Of a DNA stretch of 64,000 nucleotides, positions 1 through 11,200 are shown piece after piece; position 1 is the stretch's first letter; each line of letters starts with the position of its first letter. The notes under the pieces are model-generated. The model had not been told where the DNA came from. It saw nothing but the letters and a program-made list of their open reading frames with translations, and ran no database searches. This DNA comes from Hyphochytrium catenoides. Lineage: Eukaryota > Protista > Hyphochytriomycota. Where the stretch lies: contig FLMG01003436.1 of NCBI GenBank assembly GCA_900088475.1, forward strand, positions 62,001 to 126,000, written 5' to 3'. Both the position numbers and the translations under genes were made by a program.

Positions 1-1346
1 CTACGTGGCACCATCCTCCGAATCCAGCATCAAGGTAACCACTTTCAAGATTGTAGGCATGTCAGCAAATGTCCCTCAGTGCCCTTCTCTTCCTTTCTCC
101 CAGATCTTCTCAGGAACTGCAAACCCACAACTAGCCACTGAGATCGCAATGCATTTAGGTACCCAGGTAGGGACTTCTANNNNNNNNNNNNNNNNNNNNN
201 NNNNNNNNNNNNNNNNNNNNNNNNNNNNNNNNGAGATTCAAGTCAACATCCACGACAATATTCGTGGGAAGAAGGTCTACATCGTCCAACCCACTTGCCC
301 ACCAGTTGATCAGCACTTGGTGGAGCTTCTTCTTATGATTACTGCTATGAGACGGGCCTCTGCCAAAGAGATTACAGCTGTCATTCCCTACTTTGGGTAC
401 TCTCGAAGCACTCAAAGTCTAGCCGGTCATAAGACAGTTGCCGCTTCGGACGTGGCCAGGATGCTAGAAGTTGCAGGTGTTGACCGAGTTGTCGCCGTAG
501 ACTTACACAGAGGACAGATCCAGGTGACTCCATTAACTCTCTATGTCGTGTGACCCCATCTGATCCGATCTTAACTTTGAAGTCTTTACTTGTTTACTAG
601 GGCTTCTTTTCGCCAAAGGTTCCCGTGGATAACCTGGACATTTCAGGAGTTGCAGTGCCATACTTCCATACAAAGTACCTGAGGGCCCCGGTGGTCGTCT
701 CTCCTGATGCCAATGGTAGCCTCTACGGACACTCTTAGAGCTGGCGGCACTGCTGATCTTTTACTATGCGTAGGGACTCAGAGGGCCAAGAGCTTCAGAG
801 ATCGACTTCTGAATCACGGTATGGACGCTAGCTTTGCAGTGGTGGTAGACTCAAAATCTCCTGCGGACGATGAAGACGTGAAATACAGGAAACAAGGACA
901 TATCGCTGGGTCAAGCGAAGGAAAGGATTCAAAGGTATGGCTGCTGTGGGCCCCCGTAGGCCCCTGCTCTATATGGTTGCAGTCTTCGTCTCTAACAATG
1001 TGCCCCACATTAGACGTACGAGCTGGTGGGTGATGTCAAGGGCAAAGATGTGATCATCCTTGATGACATTGTAGATTCAGGGAGAAGAATCTCCCGCACT
1101 GCTGAGCTTCTGAAGCAGAGAGGCGCCAAGCGAATCTTCGCCTTCGCTACACATGGGCTTTTCACTGGCAGCGCGATCTCCATCATTGAGAAGTCGCCAG
1201 TCATTGAAATGATTGTGCTGAACACGGTTCCATTAGACCGATCTCAGACTTCCCCAAAAATCTTGCAGCTCTCCGCCTCTGCACTTCTGGCAGAGACCAT
1301 CCGAAGAATACATGGCAAGTCTAGTGTCAGCGAATTGATGAGATGA
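1..1346 (+). CDS. Ribose-phosphate pyrophosphokinase (PRPP synthetase) family protein, divergent; 5' end outside window
   Basis: Exons <1-34, 104-523 (N-gap 180-232), 601-715, 774-934, 1014-1346 give IKIFSGTANPQLA..EIQVNIHDNIRGKKVYIVQPTCPPVDQHLVELLL..VIPYFGYSR..DLHRGQIQGFFSPKVPVDNL..VVVSPDANG..VGDVKGKDVIILDDIVDSG..ATHGLF; canonical GT-AG junctions in frame. Confidence 0.93.
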
Positions 1347-4300
1347 TAGTTTCTTTATTGTATGAGCTGGTAACACCCGATCAGGTCTAATAATATACTC
1401 CCGCTTGCTTTCGCTTGAGACGTGCTTCAGTTCCTGCCGAGTCTCCTACAAGCTCAATGGGACCTCTCGGAACTTTCTCTGCCTTCCCTTCCATTAAGAG
1501 CAGATTATGGTAGCGCGTGCGCCTCGAGACCTTAAGATTGTCAATCACCTTACTTTCAAGACAGCATTTCATTTTTATAAATGGAAATGAAGAAGAGTGT
1601 TGGTCAATGTGAAGAGAGGCTAGGAATTTTTATAGAGCAAAGCCCGACTTTTCTTTCGTTCGACCTCTTCACTAGGGAACTCATTTCCTTCAACCGCGCC
1701 AAGAAGTGTCCATTAAGACTTTACTTCTGTTGTAGGAACCTTCCAGTACCTTTTTCAAGTATGGCTCTTTCTGCAAATCCCAGGCTTCTTATTATTAGTT
1801 CTTTCCTTCTATGAACAGGTTAGGGAGCATGAAAGGCTGAAGATGGTCAGTCGTGATAGGGAGGAGAATGGGTGTTCGTCTATCTTGAGAGGAACACATG
1901 GCACGAGCGCATAGTATTGCAGGGGAACGAAAGAAATATCTACGTCGGACTTAGCAGGCAGTCTTTGTGGTGGGCGTGGAACTGCAGTTGAACTTCAGCA
2001 CTCCTTATTATCTCGTCGAGGTGTCATTGAGGAAGTAGCATGAAAAGCTGCTCGTTCTACATGGTTGTAAAAGCAAGTAGTAGTAACAGAGGATCCTGCT
2101 GTGACGCTGCATCTGACGCCAATAATGACGGAGCTTCTCCCGCCAAAGCGTGGTAGAACAACCACCACCTTCTCGCTTCGCTTCCACCAGGATAGCAATG
2201 TCTCCTGTTGCTGAATTTCTACCTGTAGGATCTTCTCCACCATCATCGCATCGTCTATTTACTACTATCGTACAAACAATAAGTACCCAGTAGTATTTAT
2301 TAGACTGACCACCACCACCACCTTCACCGTTGTATGTGAGAAAGAAGTGAGTGGCGCCAAACCAGCCCAAATCTTCTCGTTGTCGACACCCAGCGAGCAG
2401 GAGTGGAGCTACTTGTCCGATGATGAGCCGCTAGGAAAGACCAACAACTACTAACAAGAACAGCGGCAGAAAGCAAGAAGAAGAAGAGAAGAAAGAAAGA
2501 GGACCCTCTGCAACGACCAAGGAGGGAATGATTGATCCAAGAGAATCAGCGAGGGCGTCGACGCTGCTGGCACGTTGAGGATATCCTTCTTTGTCGTCTT
2601 CTTCCTCCTCCGGCGCCGCTGAATAAACTCATCTGGCGGATCTTTCTTCTCTCTCCGTGCCTGTAACTACTCCTGCCCTGCAAAGAAGACTAGGAGGAGG
2701 AGGGTGACCAGGAGGGACAGGGTGCTGGGCCTTGGAAATAAGCCAAAGAGATATACCGTAGCTTCTGATAAGACTAAAAATCAATGGACTCGAGGGTTTG
2801 ATTTAGGTTGAAGGATCATATAATTGCCCTACTACATTAGAGCTAGAACTGCTATGGATTATCCATATACATGATTTCGCGTATCTCTATGGGACTCAGA
2901 GCCTATAGAATATATACACTGGGAGAATCCGTCACCCATGTCCTGTTATTGTCGCCTTTTAGTTGAGGTTTTGATGCGGTCCTGGTGCTGTCACTGCTTG
3001 CCCTTCTCCGTCCTAAACTCGAATCCTCCTTTCCTCCGTCCTGTCCAACATCTTTTCTTAGCACATCATCATCGCTCCTCCGTCGTCCTTCCCTCAGCTT
3101 CTGTGTGGTTGAGCCTTCTCGCGCTCTCTCGCTCTCTAGCCTTAGCTATCATATCTTTTGGTTGAGGGGATCTTCTTCTCTCCTCTCTGATGGCCAGCGT
3201 GTCATCATGAGCAGCCCTTGTTCTCTCCACAACCATGGTTGGCACCTCTCCTCCATTGCTTGGCAGCAGAACAAAGGACTTCCATGCTTGGCAGCAGAAG
3301 CAAAGACTTCCATTGACGGGCAACAGCAGGATAGTACAGAGGGAAATGCGAGCAGGCCACCAGGCTCGCCAGCCATCATTGCCTTTGTCATTTCCCTCCT
3401 CCATCATCATGACAGGCCACCTTGTTTTTCTGATTGAGCCTTTGACAGGCAGCTTCTATGTATGGTTTTGTGCTACTTGAGTCAGAATTCTCGTCCCTTA
3501 CCAGTCGGGTAACAAAGGAAGAATGCATGGATAATGATGATAGTAGCAGCAGGGGAACACTGCTGGGACGGGCAGCAGCAGCAGCAGGTTTCTGGACTGT
3601 TGATGAGAAAATCAAAGTGGAGATACTTTTATTCAGTGAATGGCCGAATCTTCTTCGTTGTTCTGCTGCTAGCTCCTTCATCATCGTCTCCATGAGATTA
3701 TGTCTTCCCTTCAACCACGGGCCGGGCTCCTTCCTCTTTAAAAAAAATGGAGCCGCTAATGAACTCTCACCAGTTGCACGTTCTGAAATCATCTATATCT
3801 GGTTAGCCCGCCATGCTTCTCCACTCGTCCTAACGTCCGGCCGTCCTCTACACCTTCTGATGACTCTACAGTTAGGAAGTAGCCGTGATGATAGCCCCTC
3901 TGGCTCCTAATGGCTGAAGCTAGCAGGAGGAGCACCCTTATCAATGACGCAGCTCCTCCTGCCTGTCACAGATGAGAACGGGAACAAAGGGTTTATGAAA
4001 AGAAAGTTTTAGTTGCCCACCAAAGCTAAGCTCAGCAGGGAAAGATCCTGTTCCTGATTAGTGAGCAGCAAGTGGTCGTCCTACCTGTCGGTTCTTCTTC
4101 CTTCTGCCTTGGCGGCTTGGTTGCTCGATAGAGATGTTCCGTCTTTTTATCATCAGTAAAAGGAAAGGTTCATCCATTGTCTATGCTTCTTATCAGGATT
4201 ACAGCGGGCCTTCTTTGCCCCAAAGTGCGTCAACCTGACAGCGGGCAGCCACCGCTGAGTGGCTGTCTGAAATATCTCCTGCTCTTGCTATCTCGACCCT

Positions 4301-4753
4301 CTTTGGACTCTGCCCCAGCATGACGACAGTGCGTAGGCCTGAGGAATTGCTGGTTAAGAGCCTGAGTGCTTGCAGACAACAGCAGCATCTGTGTTATCAA
4401 TAAATAAGGACCTGCCACTATCTTTGACCTCCATCGCTAAAGGAATGGTGGTCAAAAATGCCCTCTTACCCCGCTGTCTCTTCTCATATTCTTCCTCTAC
4501 CCCGTTTCCTTGTGTTGCAACTCGTTGGACTTCATGATATTGATTATGCCTTGCTCCTTCATTGCAGCCTCTTTCTGCAGTGCCTCCTGCACGTAGATGG
4601 GTCCAAGGAGCCCCGTGCTCATTTCGCTGCCAGGGAGGCCCACTCTAGTATTCTCACTTCTCAAAGTTCCAGCCAACTCCAAAGCCAATAACCAACCTCC
4701 AAGCCTCACAGGCCAACTCCAGAAACACCAACACCCATAACCTCAACATCAAC

Positions 4754-5026
4754 ATGAAGCTCTCTGCTCAACTCATCCTTGTGGCTCTTGTTGCCTTCCT
4801 CGGCTTCTCCGACAATGCTGAAGCTCTCAAGTGTGCCTGCAAGGGTGGCAGAGCTAACTCCAAGGTTGCGTGCGACCGCATTGGTGCCTACTACTCAACC
4901 AGAAGCTGCGGCTTCACGGGCTGCTGTGTGAACCCTGGCGCTCAGAAGGCGGCTTTCGAGAGGCAGTGCAATGAGCTAGGCTTTGGCTTCAAGAGATGCG
5001 ACCACTGCGACCAGTGCACCCGTTAA
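4754..5026 (+). CDS. Small secreted cysteine-rich cationic protein (signal peptide plus ~66-aa mature domain with 10 Cys)
   Basis: Intronless ORF; start context catcaacATG; signal peptide MKLSAQLILVALVAFLGFSDNAEA ending in an AxA site; Cys pattern CxC..C..C..CC..C..Cx2Cx2C; strong C/G-ending codon bias; AT-rich 3' region. Confidence 0.88.
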   Translation: MKLSAQLILVALVAFLGFSDNAEALKCACKGGRANSKVACDRIGAYYSTRSCGFTGCCVNPGAQKAAFERQCNELGFGFKRCDHCDQCTR

Positions 5027-5261
5027 ACAAGCACCATTGCGGCAAACAGAAAACGCTAGCTCCTGTGGTGTCTTTCTCTGCATCTCTCTCGGGCTTTGAA
5101 GAGCTCTTCTTCCTTCCTATAAGAAGGAATGATGTTAAGTTGTGAGTTTGTCTAAGATTGAAAGCCTATTTTCTAAAGTAAAAGAACTGATAATGATTAA
5201 TTTAAAGAACGAAGTGCCGCTCCGATCCGTTGAGTCTAATGGGAGAAGTGGATAGAAGGGC

Positions 5262-8200
5262 TCATCCTTGATCTTTAAGGACTCGAAGACGGTCTAGCTC
5301 TAGTCGAAGAGCAAGGTAGCGTGTCGTAAGGGCGTTGCTTCTCTCCTTTCCTACTACAGACTGGGGCCAGGGCGTGCAATTTATGGTAATTTGGACCAGA
5401 TCTAGTAGCAACGAAGCGAGTGAACTATCCATAGCTTGAGAACAGATCGCAGGGTCCGAAGACAAGAGACAGTTCGAACTCCGCTCTATCACGGACTGGC
5501 TGACCGTACACATTGTCTCCAGCAGGTGCCGTCCTTCAGAACTCTCTGGAAGATCCCAAATGCGAACAAGCGAGGCCAAAATCGACGAGAGCGATGAAGA
5601 GGAGAAAGGGAAGAAAGAGTACGGGTTCAATCCAGAGTTGGCCAGACCTAGGAAGCTCATCCACCGTCCCCCTTGCGCCGGAAAAGTCAACCAAAGAACG
5701 CTGGTCGCAGCCAAAAGCTGCAGGGGTAGCTTCCAGTTCTACGAGTAAAATACAGGGTAAGCCAACGAGGTTGAATAATAACGTGAAACTCAGAAAGACA
5801 TGAAGTGCACATGCGGTGGATAAGAAGGTAAGCAATGGTTTTTTTCAATGGCCATTGTGATGCAGGAGGAAGAAAAGACCACCAGAGGGATGACACAAAA
5901 ACCTATGGGAAGTAGCGGCTTGAGACAGAGGGCGGTGAGTATCATCACCTTTGAATGTACCAGTACAATCTCAAACGTTGTTGCCAACCATTCCATACGC
6001 TGTTGTCGTTCGGAGAGAGAGATAGCAATTGCCTCAGCGAGCAAAGGAAGAAGCAGCTCGGAGAAAGGCGGCAACGCTTCCGCTCCTACGCACCAGACTT
6101 GCAGCCTGAGAAGCTCGTGAGAGGAAAGAAGACCCTGTCTACCCATCATACAGAGGAGAAATGCTGGTGAGAAGATTGAAAGGGCCAAATGAAGGTCCGA
6201 TGCGGTATTTTCCTGCAGAGAATAGCGTGTGCCTTCAACTCTCTCTTTACTAAGTTTCAGCCTCTCCAAGGCCTCCCTCTCCCTGTTTGTTGGCTGTGGT
6301 AAGGAAAGAAGATCCTTGTCCAAATCTTCTTTTCGCCCTTCTTTCAAGATTAGGGCCACAAGATCCGAAAACTCCGTCCACTTTCTCAGGGCTTTAGTGT
6401 CAAGAGCAAGACCCTCTTTTACCCCAAAGGGTGAGAACGAGGAATCACAAGCTGGGAAAGGAAGTCTGAGGATGGGAGGGAGCATCTGACGGCAAGCTCT
6501 TGTCATATGGCGCAGCAGTGAAGAGAGGTAACCTTTCTCTTCGGGTAACTCTATTGACCTTGCAACAACGGTCTTCAGCGCTTGCCACAGCTCGTCCTGT
6601 GTCTCTGTAGAAACCTCTGGAGAGAGAAGGCGGTAGATCAAAGAGACGAGGAGACGCTGCGTCCTCTCTAAAGCCAATGTAGTCATCACAAGCGAGGGCA
6701 GGGCTGCAATAAGCCGTCTTTGCTCCTAGCAGGTCGTGTCAGCTAATAAGAAGACTAAGTAGCATCAGCTTTGCAAAATTTCCGTACTCACCTGGAGGGA
6801 CAAAGATGGGAAATGAGATGGTTGTAGGAGCTCGCAAAGAAGCGACTGGAGGGACGGGTCCGCTTGCATGTGCGCAATAGAGAATTGCATAGAAGCGAGC
6901 TGCAGCTCTACTCCTAATCCGGCCTGCACGGTGAGTGGGAAGAGCAAGGAAACAGTCCGTCGCGAGTAATGGGATGAGACACCAGATCTCCTACGAGAAT
7001 CGGTTGCAAAATATGAAGTCAACGTGTCTCCCACCTTGAAGAGTCGCAGTATGAAGCCGGAGTACCTCAGCGGTGGCAGTCGGGATGAGGATAGCAGCCG
7101 TAAAACAGATGAGAGGTAGGGAGCATCAAGAGCAGAGGGAGACTTGGGCCGACGAAGATCATCCAGAAGGCGGTACAGAAGCGTGTCTAGGGAAAGGCGT
7201 TGTAGACAAACACGAGAGCAGTTGGGGGAGGTAGCGAGTAAGTGTTTAAGCACGGTGACTATGAGCTAAGAGACCAGAGACGCACAAAGTTGGCGCGGGG
7301 ATTCGTTATGTAGTCAGAACCAAGAACAGTGTAAGGAAAGACACAACATCACTAAGTAATAGGCATGGAAATGGCCTATCTTCTGACAAGCACAAAGAGA
7401 AAGATTACTCAAGGAGAAAAGTGATAAGACTTCATCTAGAATATGTCTCCCAAGCAGTCAAAGCTATTTTGGTAGCTCACCTCCGCTAACAGGAAGGTTC
7501 TCTAATAAGCCTCCCGTGGTGAAACCTTGAGGTTCTGCCCGTCTCAGAGAGCTCAGAAGGCCCAATAGCCAAGCGGCTCTTCTCTGAAGAACCTGTTTCC
7601 CTTCAGTCGCCGTCAATCCGCCGTCCGCAGCACTCGTCTCCACGTCACTGACTCGCAACCTCTCTCTCAAAGCTGCGTCAAGATACTCTAATAGCTCTGG
7701 AGAACAAACTGACGAGAGCGCATCCTGGCCTCTCAGGGTTAGCCTGAAGGGCAGAGAAGCCCCTGCGAGGTTGCAAAGTCCCATCAGGGCAGCGTCCACC
7801 AACTCCGGCGACGAACCTAATGATATGGCGGACATGGAAATAGGCAATCATGTCAACGGGCGGGACAAAGTTTCGACAGAAGAGGAGGGAGAGGAGAATT
7901 TAGCATAGAGAGTGAAAAGTTAAATTGGAAAGTGTTAACATACGCAGGGTGCCGAAGAGGTCAAGCGTTTGAGTGCAGCAGTGACAGGGTTAACGTGATG
8001 GAACGGCGAGAGCTAGCACATGCAGAATAAGGACAGCCTCACCCTGTTCAATATTCCTTCTAAGGTTCTCCTGCAAGTGCATAAGGAAGGATGGAGAGAT
8101 AGGTGCTCCCCCTTCCTTGGCTTCTCTTACTAGTAGCGGGAGAAGAATAGAAGCCTCGGACGCCGAGAGCTGCGTGGTTCTCACAGCAGTGGCCAGAGTG

Positions 8201-11200
8201 TCTGCCAAGGAGAGCAAAGCCGATGAAGGCAGAACCAGACAGGTGAAACATTGGAGCGAAACAGGAACAAGCGCGAACAATGCGCTTGAGCAGCCTGAGC
8301 CTACGAGCGTACTAAGCAAATGGTGAAGTTGCATCAGGACCTCCCGAAGACCGGCCTTCGCCTACGTAGAGGATAAGGAGAATATGAGCTGTGTTTATCT
8401 GTTTGGACTCCTAAGTAAGGCTCCCTCAACCGAAGGTCCCCTCTAATATCAAGGAATTTTTGCCAAGAACCTCTTAGCGCACCATTGCCTTGGCACAATG
8501 CCCCAATGCAAAGAACAACGGTTCCAATCGAGCTGTCTGGTGGCTTTCCAAGGCGGTCGCATCCAGAGGGACGGCGGGATTCTCCGTCACCTCCCCCTGA
8601 AGAACTGCCCCTCGCACAATGGCCATAAATGACTCTCGGTCCTAGAGAAGCTGAAGGTTAAAGCGGCATGCAATTGTCTACGTACATTGATGACACGGCA
8701 ACGGGATGAATACTTCGGCCAGGCCGGGATGCAAGCAGCAGAAGTACACCTTCACAGGCCCCACAGTGNNNNNNNNNNNNNNNNNNNNNNNNNNNNNNNN
8801 NNNNNNNNNNNNNNNTGCAGCTCTCCAGCAATCCGCTCCAGCAGGAGGAGTAAGGACTTGGTGAAGGTCTCTCTATGGCTATCCACGGAAGCACTGTCAG
8901 AAGGCAAGCTCTGGGATGGGAGAGCGAGTAATCCTTTCTAGAAAAAAGAGTTATAGTGAAACAAGGCAGACGGATGGGAGCCACTACAGAGCTGCAAAAG
9001 TCCGACGGAGACAGAAGGTGGCAACAGAGACCTCAGGGCCATTGAAGGCTGGTCCGACTCCTGTGTATAGAAGGCATCAATCAAAAGGGCCAGTGATATT
9101 GCTCCTACTCCGAGATGCAGCTGTCGAGAGAGGAAAGTTATGCAGGACTGGACCGTGCAAAATGCACTCTGAGGAAGTGACCCTGGGCCACAGATAGAGT
9201 GTTTAGCTCTTTGGTGCAATGGGATAAAATGAGCACCTATCCTTTCTGTTATGCCTTTCATCTCAGTTTGAGCGGCTCCTAACCTACTTAACGCTCACCG
9301 TACCTGCACAAAGTCCATATGCAAGTAGCGCATTACTACTGAGCTGAGAGGGAGGGCCAGAAATTGGTAAGGGTGCTATCCCGATAATAGAGCCAAGCCA
9401 AGTCAGCAATTGACTTGTCTTGAACTCCATTGAAGCTGGAGAGAGCTTTGCGCCAGCGACGACCAACGATGCAGCTGCCAGTGGAAGATTCAGCGCCTCT
9501 GGGGTCGAGGAGTTATTGGTTGAGAGGTCTAGCCGCTCCTCCAACCCTGACATGAGAGAGTCAACTGCTGCTTTATGTATCTGGGCAGGTGGAAGAAGGG
9601 ACAAAGGAGGGGTCGGTTCGATCTCTCATAATACTGTCGGAGACCTAGAGTAACAAGGCCCCTACCTTCTCCTTGGCCTCTTCTGTCGTCGCATTAAGGG
9701 ATAATAGGGCGACCTTAGAGGCCAAATTATTCTCCATGAAGACGAGCCAGGAAGTGAGAGGGAAGAGCTGATCGTACCACAGCGAGGGCGAGGAATAAGT
9801 TGACGAGGTTATCGTAGTTGAAGAAGGTGACCCTGTTGGGAGAAATGCTTGACTCGGTGGTACGAGAAATTCATCCATAAGATCATTCAGCAGGCGTTGA
9901 TACGAGTCAGAAAGAGTTTTTAGTTGCTTCGCCGCCCGGCTCTTCCTAGATGGATCGCTGCACCAACAATGGCGTTGACGGGTACAGAGTGGAGATATGA
10001 CGCGGTCAGACGACACAAGCGAATAGCTAATCAGCCTTAAGCACAGCATGCCCGCAATGGAAAGCCAAGGTGCAGTAGGGCTGAGAAGTGGCTTGTAAGT
10101 TGAATAGTCTCACCCTAAGTGCTCTGCCTCCGGATAGAAAGCCAATAAGCAGCATCCAGCCAGGCTTCTCTTCAGCGTCTGAGGAGAGTGGTTAGCGAAA
10201 GTAGAAGACTCCTCGGTATGAGACAAGAGCTAAACACAAAATAAAAGGCTCCTCGAACGATTTGAATATCGGTTAGTGTCCGATTCACGTTCACATTTCA
10301 TTCCCATACATTTCTCTTTCTCTTGATCTGTACGGGTAACAACCTCCCACCAGTTCTCTCTTGTCCGTGCCTAGCTAACTTCCGATCCCCTTCTCTCCGG
10401 GTGTGGCCTTCCCTCACCGCCTTTGCTTACCGATGTTGGAGTTCTGGTGTACAGGTCCAGAATGGAGGCACTTGAAGGCAATAGGCCAATCATTCTTTTC
10501 ATGAACGACGTCGCCGGCCTCTCCTTTGCCAAACGCAGCTTATGCTGCAGACTAACCTCCTTCTCGAGTAAGCTACTGGCCAGACGCTCTGCCGCTTCTC
10601 GCGTCAAGGGATCTTCCTCTGATGGTCAGCAACAGGGAGAATAAAAAGCGAGGAAACGGGAGAGGGAGTACAAGCGCTCTTAGTCTTTGAAGCTGCATCT
10701 CGAGGACAAGGATAGTTACAAAATACAGCCAGCCGAATGGATCTCACCGGTTCGAAGTAGCTGATAGAGTGTCTCCAAATTCTCCTCTACCATCTCTAAA
10801 TCCTCATTTGACAAGTCTGCTGGGGAACATAAAGTGAGAGCCTTTCGGACGGAGCCAGCAGGAGGAATGGAGAGATGCTGACGTCAAGTACAAGGCCCGT
10901 TTCAGTCACGCATAATACGTAAGTAGCCGCTGAAGCTTGATAAATAGGGAAGCTCAAGGACGCGACCCAGCATGTGCTAAGCGGCCCGTTACCAGTGTTC
11001 GCGGTGTCCTTAATAAGCTGAGCGATGTCCAGAGGAAAAAGCACTAGAGAGGAAAGGGCCACGCGCCGGATGCTTGAGTCCTGGTGGCATACCCGTCAAT
11101 CTCAGACCATTATCTTCCTTGATAGAGCACTCAAGCTCAAGAGAAGAGGCGACGGACGAGAGAGGAGAAGAAATAAGTATCCTAACCTCATGTTCCACAA

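Noticed and set aside
1387-1860. Minus-strand exon-like pieces (acceptor with CCCTAAC near 1812; ORF 1387-1572)
   Set aside because: Could not be joined into a consistent reading frame or assigned to a family
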